Assembly (NCBI GenBank): GCA_965216755.1
Contig: CBDCGL010000011.1
Coordinates: 1,696,001 to 1,760,000, forward strand
From: Alphaproteobacteria bacterium
GTDB taxonomy: Bacteria; Pseudomonadota; Alphaproteobacteria; UBA7887
Length of the DNA stretch: 64,000 nucleotides
Reading direction: 5' to 3'
The translations under genes were made by a program, and so were the position numbers. This document shows, piece by piece, positions 20,827-29,092 of this stretch; position 1 is the first letter of the stretch; the number at the start of each line of letters is the position of its first letter. The notes under the pieces are model-generated. The model did no database searches. It saw only the letters and a list, made by a program, of their open reading frames with translations, and was not told the DNA's origin.

Positions 20827-22461
20827 CTATCGCTGCCGCCACCACACGGCCGTACCTAATATGGCAAGCACAGCCGGCATCAAGAAGACCGACAGAAAAA
20901 ATGTCCCTTTGATTTGGCGATTGGTGACGCTGATACCGGGCAAGTCATATGTGCGCGGCTCAATACCGATCAGATTCTCCTGTGCCGCGAGATAGCTCAC
21001 CGTATTCAGAAACAGGTTGCCATTGCCCAGGAAATGGAAGAAAGAATTGGTCGCAAAATCTGAATCACCGACGACCGCAATACGTGATTCACCGCGTACG
21101 TCCGCTTGGGCCGGAATAATTTGTTGTCCGGCCGCCGCCTCCGCGCTCTGTGGGCCGAGCTGCACCGCTGCGGGGCTATTGGGATCGACCGGCTTGCGCG
21201 TTGCCAGGACCATCAAAGTCTGAGGCCCGGCGACATCGCGCCCTGGTTCAAAATCGGCGCGGTCCTCTGTCGTTTCGCCGAAACTATCCTGTGACGAACT
21301 GACCAGCGGAACAACGCTCACACCTTGAATTCGTTCCGTCGGCGCCAAAGACCGCACACCCGGGTAGAACGTTAGCGGCAAGTCGCGTGTGATTTGGTGG
21401 ATGTTGTAACTGGTCACGGCCGGCGAGGACCTGTCAGCCCAATAGTGGCTCTTCTCATCAATAACGATTGTGTCTTGAAGGGCCACACCGTAATCCCGAA
21501 TGATCGGTTCCAAACCCGATTGAATGAAGGGGTCGAGCATGAAGAAAGCGTTACCGCCATCAAGCAAGTAGTCACGGACTATAGCAATCTCGTGGTCCAA
21601 CAAGGCCGTCTTCGGCCCTGCAACGATCAAGAGAGCGCACCCCGCCAGCGGGTCGCCACCCTGCAACAAGGTGACCTTCTCCACAGTGTAATTGACCGTT
21701 TCAAGACCGTGCCGTGCCTTGGCCAGCCCATGGGTTTGGTGGAGCACATATTGCGCCCCCAATCCATGGGAATGGTTGCCCTTGCCTTCCGTATGGTCGT
21801 GCGATTCCTTGCTGAACGGGTCGGCCTCACCATGACCATCCGAAAAACACACCAGCTGCTTGGCACCTTGGGTGACGCGTAGAATGCCGTTGGCGATGTC
21901 GGTCTCCGTACCGCCGTGGACTTGCAGCTTGCGGTCTTCACTTTGCATCACCGCCGTGCCGGCGAATTGGACACCCATGAGCCGTGCCTGCGCCGGGTTG
22001 ACGGTCGGGTCGTGAAACTCCACCGTGACCAAATCGGAATGGCTCGCCATGAGCTGATAAAGCTCCACAGACTCCTTGAGCATGCGATCGTGAAAGAACA
22101 CGATATGTACGGGCTTGGCCAACCGTTTCAGCATCTGTAGTGTTGAATCCGAGAGCGAATGCAGCCCGGCTTCCGTCATGTCGTAGCGCAACGGATAGCG
22201 CAGCGACAAATAGCCAATCGCGCACATCACACCGACGATCCCCAATGTGAAAAGCGCGATTTCGCCCCGCCTTTGACGAACGAGGGCCGCAAAGTCGTGG
22301 CGCAGGCCAAAGGCACCCCACGCCACCACCACGGCGCCAATAATGGTCAACACCGTGATCCAGGTGCCTGGATCTTGATAGATCATGCGCAAGCCGTAGG
22401 ACGCGCCCAAAAGGGTGAGTCCAAACAGCAAAATCAAGCCGAAACGGTGTCCCGGATCCAT
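20827..22461 (-). CDS. GldG-family ABC transporter auxiliary component
   Basis: RYDMTE..LHSLS, DGHGE, LIVAGPK, AVVGDSDFATN, GNGNLFLN, C-terminal TM ending WWRQR. Confidence 0.88.
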   Translation of the reverse strand: MDPGHRFGLILLFGLTLLGASYGLRMIYQDPGTWITVLTIIGAVVVAWGAFGLRHDFAALVRQRRGEIALFTLGIVGVMCAIGYLSLRYPLRYDMTEAGLHSLSDSTLQMLKRLAKPVHIVFFHDRMLKESVELYQLMASHSDLVTVEFHDPTVNPAQARLMGVQFAGTAVMQSEDRKLQVHGGTETDIANGILRVTQGAKQLVCFSDGHGEADPFSKESHDHTEGKGNHSHGLGAQYVLHQTHGLAKARHGLETVNYTVEKVTLLQGGDPLAGCALLIVAGPKTALLDHEIAIVRDYLLDGGNAFFMLDPFIQSGLEPIIRDYGVALQDTIVIDEKSHYWADRSSPAVTSYNIHQITRDLPLTFYPGVRSLAPTERIQGVSVVPLVSSSQDSFGETTEDRADFEPGRDVAGPQTLMVLATRKPVDPNSPAAVQLGPQSAEAAAGQQIIPAQADVRGESRIAVVGDSDFATNSFFHFLGNGNLFLNTVSYLAAQENLIGIEPRTYDLPGISVTNRQIKGTFFLSVFLMPAVLAILGTAVWWRQR

Positions 22462-22462
22462 A

Positions 22463-23170
22463 TCAGCGCCGCCACTGCAAATAGCTGGTGTTCAATGTCA
22501 AAGCCACCACGCACACGATCAAATAGAACGTGACGGCCTCAGATCGGATCAAGCCTTGAACAAACTCGCCAAAGTGTAGCGAGAATGACAAATACCCGAA
22601 CAGCGTATGCAAAAAATATGATGACTGGAACGTTTGCAAATGGGCGACAAACCAAAACGCCAGCAACACAGAAACAGTGATCAACGCCGCCACGATTTGG
22701 TTGGAGGTCAAAGAAGAAAAGAATTGGCCAACCGCCAAGCACGCCATACCGAGCAGCACGAATCCGATGTAGCCGCAAAAGATTGTCGATGTTTCGGGCT
22801 GGGCAAACAGATATAGTGGGATGAGATCTATCATGGTGCCCACCGTCGCCAACAGCAGGATTGTCACCGCACCCAGATACTTGCCCAGCACCACTTGCCA
22901 GGGTCGCAACGGCAATGTCTGCAACAGCTCCATCGTCCGGTCGCTATATTCGGTCGCGAACAAGCGCATGGAAATGACCGGGCTCAGGACAATCAGCAAT
23001 ATGCCCATATTCTGAAATGTCTCAGCCATCGTCGCCAAATTGGTCAAGAAAATGTTGTACGTGAAAAAATATCCCGTCCCAATCAGGAACACGGCCACGA
23101 CAAAATACGCGATGGGCGAGCGAAAATAGTGCCACATCTCTTTTTCATAGACGGCAAGAACACCTCTCAT
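22463..23170 (-). CDS. GldF-like ABC-2 permease
   Basis: KEMWHYFRSPIAY, SMRLFATE..DRTMELL.T.P, VLGKYLG, SSLTSNQIVA. Confidence 0.9.
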   Translation of the reverse strand: MRGVLAVYEKEMWHYFRSPIAYFVVAVFLIGTGYFFTYNIFLTNLATMAETFQNMGILLIVLSPVISMRLFATEYSDRTMELLQTLPLRPWQVVLGKYLGAVTILLLATVGTMIDLIPLYLFAQPETSTIFCGYIGFVLLGMACLAVGQFFSSLTSNQIVAALITVSVLLAFWFVAHLQTFQSSYFLHTLFGYLSFSLHFGEFVQGLIRSEAVTFYLIVCVVALTLNTSYLQWRR

Positions 23171-24129
23171 GCGGCCAAATCCTGAGACTGGGCAGTGCCA
23201 ACATAGTGCAGAAACACGTTCTCCAAAGTCGGCAATCGGCGCTCTAGCCTGAGCAAATCCCATCGCGGCGCTACGGTGCGGGCGATCGCCGCTTCAATTC
23301 CGTCGCGGTCATCGACGATGCATTCCACATCCAAGCCCTGGCGGCCCGTCGCTCCGACTGCATCTTCGAAATGCACGCTATTGACGCCGTCAACCGACAA
23401 AAGTTCCTGTCGTATGTCGTCGACCGGTCCGGTCACCCGCAAGGCAATATGATTGGTGCGTTCGACCGCCCGCTGTAGCCCGGCTGGCGTGTCGATCGCC
23501 AACAGTCGCCCTTGATAAATGATGGCGACACGCGCACAAATCATGGTCACTTCCGGCAAAATATGGGTGCTCAACAGCACCGCGTGATCCGCCCCGAACG
23601 AGCGTATGACATCCCGCGTTTCGTGCGTTTGACCAGGATCCAAGCCGATTGTCGGCTCGTCCAACAACAACACATCGGGCTTGCCCAATAGTGCCTGGGC
23701 TAATCCGACGCGCTGCCGGTATCCTTTGGAAAGCTTAAATATCTCTCGGCGACGGACTTGTTCCAAGTGGCAGGCCGCCGTAACCCGATCAAGTTCCGAC
23801 GAAATCTCGCCGCGCGGCACACCCTTGGCCTTCGCGACAAAGCGTAAATAGCCGGTTACATCCAGTGTCTCGTACAGCGGTGGGTGTTCGGGCAAATAAC
23901 CAATGTGCTGCGCAGCTGCGGAATTCTCCGTTGCCATATTGTAGCCGGCCACTCTGACCGTGCCAGAGCTGGCGGTCGTGTAACCCGCAATCATCCGGAT
24001 TGTGGTCGTCTTGCCGGCCCCGTTCGGACCAAGGAACCCCAAAATCTCGCCCTTATCCACAGCAAACGACAAACCGTGGATGATGGTCTTGGTCCCATAG
24101 CGCTTCGTCACCGAATCAAGCGCAATCAT
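23167..24129 (-). CDS. GldA-like ABC ATP-binding protein
   Basis: GPNGAGKTT, LSKGYRQRVG, LDEPT, STHIL. Confidence 0.93.
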   Translation of the reverse strand: MIALDSVTKRYGTKTIIHGLSFAVDKGEILGFLGPNGAGKTTTIRMIAGYTTASSGTVRVAGYNMATENSAAAQHIGYLPEHPPLYETLDVTGYLRFVAKAKGVPRGEISSELDRVTAACHLEQVRRREIFKLSKGYRQRVGLAQALLGKPDVLLLDEPTIGLDPGQTHETRDVIRSFGADHAVLLSTHILPEVTMICARVAIIYQGRLLAIDTPAGLQRAVERTNHIALRVTGPVDDIRQELLSVDGVNSVHFEDAVGATGRQGLDVECIVDDRDGIEAAIARTVAPRWDLLRLERRLPTLENVFLHYVGTAQSQDLAA

Positions 24130-24167
24130 TAATCCGTCGCGTTATCCTGCAATGTCCCAAAAGCACA

Positions 24168-24197
24168 GGAGGCCTCCGAAACCGAAGGCCTCCAAAA
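24168..24197 (-). terminator. Intrinsic terminator-like hairpin after the lactonase gene
   Basis: GGAGGCCTCCG-AAAC-CGAAGGCCTCC stem with A/T runs nearby, 17 bp past the stop at 24215. Confidence 0.6.
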
Positions 24198-24214
24198 CCG
24201 CAATATTCAACGGG

Positions 24215-25066
24215 TTAGTCGTACCATTTCTCGCCCATTGATTCATACTGCTTGATGCTGTGGCCAAACCACATCGGCGCGTCTTCCAATGCGCTCGTCA
24301 TCTTCAGCCGCTCAACCGAGTTAAAATAGTCAAGAACGCTGTAATTCAATCCGGCTGGGTGACCTTCTAGGTTCTCTTCCATCCAAATCGCATCTTGGGT
24401 CAGGATCACGGTGCCGGTATTCGGCAATTTGACCTTGACCGACTGATGTCCAAACGTGTGACCGGGCGTGCTCATGATCATGACGGTGCCGTCACCGAAA
24501 AGGTCATAGTCGCCGTCCAGCGCGAAGTAGTTGAAATCGCGCGCATCATCGTAGTCGGCCATGATATGGGCGCCACTCGGGCGTTGGAACTTCTCGGGCC
24601 ACCAGGCCTGGTACAATTCTTTTTGCTGGATCACGTGGATCGCATTCGGGAACATTTCAATGTTACCGATATGATCCAAATGTGAATGAGACGTGATCAC
24701 CACTTTGACGTCGTCGGTGCTGTAACCCAGTTTTTCCAGCTGCTTGTCAATCACGTCGTCGCGCGTTTGACCCGGCTGCAAGAAGTCGCAAGACCCCTGC
24801 GCCCAATGCGTATTACACGCGCCGTCCGAAATCGCCACATTGTTGCCGGTATCATATACAACAACGCCATTCGGATGGTCCAAGATCCACATGTTGATCG
24901 GGATCTTGATGTCGCGCGCTTCAGGATAAGTCGGAATCAGTCCCTGAATGTTAAATGGTCCAAATTGCCCACTGGCAGTCCAGTAAAGTTTTTGCGCTGA
25001 TGCTGTCGATGCGCCTGTCATACAAAGCGCGCCCAACACCGCTGCAGCGATACCCAATTTTCTCAT
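24215..25066 (-). CDS. Secreted metallo-beta-lactamase-fold N-acyl homoserine lactonase-family protein
   Basis: Signal peptide (ASA-Q), DTG, HSHLDH, DLFGDG, TPGHTFGHQS, QDAIW, C-terminal GH. Confidence 0.88.
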   Translation of the reverse strand: MRKLGIAAAVLGALCMTGASTASAQKLYWTASGQFGPFNIQGLIPTYPEARDIKIPINMWILDHPNGVVVYDTGNNVAISDGACNTHWAQGSCDFLQPGQTRDDVIDKQLEKLGYSTDDVKVVITSHSHLDHIGNIEMFPNAIHVIQQKELYQAWWPEKFQRPSGAHIMADYDDARDFNYFALDGDYDLFGDGTVMIMSTPGHTFGHQSVKVKLPNTGTVILTQDAIWMEENLEGHPAGLNYSVLDYFNSVERLKMTSALEDAPMWFGHSIKQYESMGEKWYD

Positions 25067-25370
25067 GGCTTCCTTCCTAACGATCAAGGCTCCACGCGTC
25101 TTCGCGCGGCTCTTTGTCTCTTTTCCAGCAGCTCGATACGCCGTCCGTTTCCCACGGCAACTTTGAACGAGGATCTGTTCGTCCTCCGACATCTCAGAAA
25201 ACAAATAAACTTGCGATCTACCGCGCGATCCCCTGAGCTGGTTGCGGCGCCGACATTTTAACCATGTTTCTTACTGAAAAGGGAACGATTTTTCTGGCTT
25301 ACCCAGGCCACCCCTCGGCTCGTTCGGATCCCCATTGGTCGTGACCACAAACGATTTCTCGCCCGTTCGC

Positions 25371-25691
25371 TCAGATCTTGACGACCGGCAACCTCGGGGC
25401 CTGGCAAATAAGGGCGGACGCCGGCACCGAGCATGGCCCCCAGCGCAGCTCGATCCCAGCCGCAGCCAGACGCGCCGCCGATGCGTCGTCAACAAATCCG
25501 ATAATCACCGTTTGCGGCTGCGAACGGCAAATCAAGTCAACAACGTGATCCGCAGTCCGCTCAACATTTCGCAAGAAGTGTTGTTGGTTGCTCGAAACAT
25601 CAAACACACCAACCCACCGCGCGCGGGCGAAAAAGGGCGAAAGTGGCGCGTCGTTAGCATCCGCTAACAACGTCATCGCGATGCGTTTCAA
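25371..25691 (-). CDS. NifB/NifX-family (FeMo-cofactor-binding-like) small protein
   Basis: MKRIAM...LSPFFARARW..FD and LAAAGIE pattern, 106 aa. Confidence 0.65.
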   Translation of the reverse strand: MKRIAMTLLADANDAPLSPFFARARWVGVFDVSSNQQHFLRNVERTADHVVDLICRSQPQTVIIGFVDDASAARLAAAGIELRWGPCSVPASALICQAPRLPVVKI

Positions 25692-25848
25692 CAGACCGCC
25701 ATAAGATGATAGAGTTAACGTCGCTTGATGCGAGAGGATGCGAGTAACAATGTGGGCGTGCCTTGATCCACGTTAGCGTTGTGACAGGCGTGCCGATATG
25801 TGGAGCGTCGCCAGCCGCGATAACGCGGCGGCACGACATTGTGAACAT

Positions 25849-26613
25849 ATGGATGTGTTGAGAAACGCGGTGCCGATTGCAGGAGCTCGGGCCGAGAACC
25901 CGTGCGCGGCATGTCTGGTCCGCCAATGGGCGATTTGCCAGCCGCTGGACGATGAAGCCCTGCACCTGATGAAATGCCTGAAATCTCGAGACCGGCTCAT
26001 CACAGCTGGCAGCGAACTTTACGCGGAAGGAGAGCCGCTCGACGACCTATTCACAATACTCGAAGGCTGGCTGATTCTTTATAAGCTGTTGGAAGATGGG
26101 CGTCGGCAGATCACGAAAGTCGGACTGTCCGGCGATTTCATTGGTTTTCGACCGGATCTAAAAGCACCAATGGACCATTCCGCGCAAGCGCTGACCGACG
26201 TGAAATTATGCGTTTTTCCGCGAGAAACGATCATGAGCCTGTTTCGCGAACAACCGGAACTGGCCATGCGGCTTACTTGGCTGATTTCCAGCGACATCAT
26301 GGTTGCACGCGAGCGGTTGACCAGCCTAGGGCGGCGCACAGCGCGAGAACGAATCTCTTATTTCTTGCTTGAGTTGTATTATCGCGTTCGACTACGTCAC
26401 AGCGATCCGGTGGGTACCGCGATTCCCTTACCGCTGACACAGGAACATATCGGCGATGCTCTAGGCCTGACTTCGGTCCACGTTAACCGCACGTTGCGGG
26501 CGCTACGCGAAGACAACCTGATCCAGGTCGTTAATCGCACGTTGCACATTCTCGATCCCGACAAGCTCGCCGATGCGGCCGGCTTTGATGAAAATCAACG
26601 TGTCGACATTTAG
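25849..26613 (+). CDS. Crp/Fnr-family transcriptional regulator with N-terminal Cys cluster
   Basis: CAACLVRQWAIC, DGRRQI, GDFIG, LGRRTARER, LTQEHIGDALGLTSVHVNR. Confidence 0.92.
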   Translation: MDVLRNAVPIAGARAENPCAACLVRQWAICQPLDDEALHLMKCLKSRDRLITAGSELYAEGEPLDDLFTILEGWLILYKLLEDGRRQITKVGLSGDFIGFRPDLKAPMDHSAQALTDVKLCVFPRETIMSLFREQPELAMRLTWLISSDIMVARERLTSLGRRTARERISYFLLELYYRVRLRHSDPVGTAIPLPLTQEHIGDALGLTSVHVNRTLRALREDNLIQVVNRTLHILDPDKLADAAGFDENQRVDI

Positions 26614-26668
26614 AGCATCGCATAATGCGCTAGATCCCAACCGGGAACTCAAAGCATAGGGAGATTCC

Positions 26669-26989
26669 ATGCGACGCGTTCGTCTGATGCTGGTCGGCAC
26701 GCTTGCCTTGTCGTCCGTTGGTACCGCGCACGCGTTCGGCGACGCCGAGCGTGGCCGAGATATTGCGGAACGCTGGTGCACATCTTGTCATGTCGTCGCA
26801 AGCGACAATGCGCCGTCTGGGACAGATGCCGTGCCGAGTTTTAATGCAATAGCACGCAATCCACAGAACGACGCGGACCAACTAACTGTAAAACTCGCGA
26901 CGCCACACCCGGCAATGCCGGATTTTCAATTGTCGACTCAAACGATCGAGGATTTGGTCGCGTATTTTGGTGTTCTTGGAGGGCAATAG
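26669..26989 (+). CDS. Small monoheme cytochrome c
   Basis: Signal peptide, CTSCH, PHPAMP axial Met. Confidence 0.9.
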   Translation: MRRVRLMLVGTLALSSVGTAHAFGDAERGRDIAERWCTSCHVVASDNAPSGTDAVPSFNAIARNPQNDADQLTVKLATPHPAMPDFQLSTQTIEDLVAYFGVLGGQ

Positions 26990-27024
26990 GAGTCTGGTCG
27001 GCGGCACACCAAGCGCAGGCGCAT

Positions 27025-27849
27025 TCAACGAATATCGACAGTAATGCCGAGTTCGCGCCCCGCCTCGCGCAGGACTTCCGGATCGAACGGGGGCGGTTCA
27101 ACATCGATACCTTGCGCCAAACCCTCGGCGACGGCCTCCAAGACATGAACGCGCGCGGTCCATTTGTGATCCGCGGGAATCACCGTCCAAGGTGCGGCGC
27201 GAGTGGCGGTTCGATCGAACATATCCTGGTAGGCCTTTTTATAGTCAGCCCACCTGGTACGGTTTCGGAGATCTTCTTTGGTGAGTTTCCAGCGTTTGTA
27301 GGGATTTCGTAGGCGCTCGCGAAACCTTTCCAACTGCTCTTGCTTGGTGATGTGCATAAAGATTTTGACGATCCGCACATCATCGTCGATCAGCAAATGT
27401 TCGAAGGCGTTGATCTCGTCGTAAGCGCGACCCCAGGTTTGATCTGAAACCAGTGATTCAACCCTTTCGACTAGCACTCGCCCGTACCAGGACCGATCAA
27501 AAATCGAAATGGTTCCAGAATGCGGCATGCGCTGCCAAAAGCGCTGCAAATAGTGCTGGTCCAACTCGACGTCGGTCGGCGCGCCGATCGGCCACACCTT
27601 GAAACCGCGTGGATCAAGGTTTGCGGTCAAACGGCGGATCGCGCCGCCCTTGCCAGCTGCGTCCCACCCTTCAAACACCACCACCGCGCGACGGCGCTGA
27701 TTGTAGTACGCCGTGAGCAACCGCCCCATGCGTTTCTGCAGTCCGGCCAAAGCGGCTTCGTATTCCGTCTTGACGGCAAACCTGTTCGCCATTTGCACGT
27801 TTTTGAGACGCGGTGAGTTCTCTTGGGGTTCGATCTTTGTGCGGTCCAT
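27025..27849 (-). CDS. ppk2: Polyphosphate kinase 2 family protein
   Basis: FEGWDAAGKGGAIRR, LDPRG, FDRSWYGR, KRWKLTKED. Confidence 0.92.
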   Translation of the reverse strand: MDRTKIEPQENSPRLKNVQMANRFAVKTEYEAALAGLQKRMGRLLTAYYNQRRRAVVVFEGWDAAGKGGAIRRLTANLDPRGFKVWPIGAPTDVELDQHYLQRFWQRMPHSGTISIFDRSWYGRVLVERVESLVSDQTWGRAYDEINAFEHLLIDDDVRIVKIFMHITKQEQLERFRERLRNPYKRWKLTKEDLRNRTRWADYKKAYQDMFDRTATRAAPWTVIPADHKWTARVHVLEAVAEGLAQGIDVEPPPFDPEVLREAGRELGITVDIR

Positions 27850-27949
27850 AGGCCGTGATTCCCGGCTTAGTTGGCATCGCGCGCCACGTGATCACGCAAA
27901 GAATCCGCCGCCGATCGCAAGTAAAATTGCATCGTGATCGGCAACGCCC

Positions 27950-29092
27950 CTAAGTATTACCGTTGTTCTCCTGCGAAAGCGAGATCATGACCGGCGCTGG
28001 GCTGATCAGAACCGTGCGCACAAGCTCTGATTGCTTGGCCGTTCCGGTCTTGCGAAAGATCTGGTTGAGCTGATTACGCAGTGTGTTTTTGCTCAGCGTG
28101 AATGCCTGCGCGGCTTCGTCAAGGCTTTGGCCACGGACCAGCGCGACCAGCAATCTGGCCTCAGCCGGTGTCAGATCAAACAGGCGCTCAAGGACTTCGC
28201 CGGGAATATCCGGTTGTGTTTCGCCGTCGGAGACGAATACCGCCGCCAACTGGGCAATGCCGTCGACTTTGGCGCCGCCATCGACGGGCAACACCATCGT
28301 CAGCCATGGCGCCGCCAATGACGGCCGATCGATACGCATGACTCCAACTGGCGTGCGCGCGGCCTGCCGGCCGGCCGCCGCCACTTGGGCGATAATCCTG
28401 CGAAGCCGCCCCGTTTCTTTTGGAACCGCGGCACACAGGCCGGTCCGATCCACCGACAATCCATCGCGGAGCTCAATGACGGCGCGGGCGTGACGGTTGG
28501 TCTGCAATACCCGACCCACATTGTTGACCACTAGGACACCAATCGGCAGAAAGTCGAGCGTCGACTGCGCCGCCATGCTTTCCGCACGCTGGCCGGCGAG
28601 GTTGCGATGAATCTGGATTGCCCGGCGCACATGAGAGGCCATTTCTGACGCCCGCTGCCGGCGCGCGCCGCCATCTTTTGGACGCAGCAACAATCGCGCG
28701 CGTTGGCCGCCGCCGGCATGGCTGAAGTAACCGAGAATGGCCGATTCAGACCGCTCAACTGCATGTTCCGTTGTCAGATCTGCAACCAGCTCGTCGTCAG
28801 CGACATTGGTGGGCGGCCGATCGACGGTCGCCACATCGCCGCCAAGTGCGGGGCCGTCGGTTCCGCCCACCGTGGCCGCCACGGCGCTTTCGCCGACCGG
28901 TGCACTTATCGAACCATCTGGCACGGAATCTTCTTGAACGATCAGCGCCAAACCCGCCGGCGCCAAGATTGTTTGCAGCGACTCGAGCAGCCGCGCCATG
29001 GACCCGCCGCTCATAGCGCAATCGTAGACGGCACCGATTATATCAACACACTCGGCCTTGGTTTGTCGATTACTCATCTTTACAGTCGCCAC
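27950..29092 (-). CDS. LuxR-type HTH regulator with PAS-like domain
   Basis: LDFLPIGVLVVN PAS entry; C-terminal LTPAEARL...TLRNQLNQIFRKTGTAKQSELV; start abuts upstream stop. Confidence 0.88.
   Translation of the reverse strand: MATVKMSNRQTKAECVDIIGAVYDCAMSGGSMARLLESLQTILAPAGLALIVQEDSVPDGSISAPVGESAVAATVGGTDGPALGGDVATVDRPPTNVADDELVADLTTEHAVERSESAILGYFSHAGGGQRARLLLRPKDGGARRQRASEMASHVRRAIQIHRNLAGQRAESMAAQSTLDFLPIGVLVVNNVGRVLQTNRHARAVIELRDGLSVDRTGLCAAVPKETGRLRRIIAQVAAAGRQAARTPVGVMRIDRPSLAAPWLTMVLPVDGGAKVDGIAQLAAVFVSDGETQPDIPGEVLERLFDLTPAEARLLVALVRGQSLDEAAQAFTLSKNTLRNQLNQIFRKTGTAKQSELVRTVLISPAPVMISLSQENNGNT

Noticed and set aside
20827-24129. Gliding motility machinery
   Set aside because: Only GldA/F/G-like ABC parts are present; no T9SS or GldK-N genes in an alphaproteobacterial context
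25371-25691. Nitrogen fixation
   Set aside because: Lone NifX-like domain with no nifHDK/ENB in the window
25763-25776. FNR box TTGATCCACGTTAG
   Set aside because: Second half-site matches ATCAA poorly and the adjacent regulator lacks the E..SR helix
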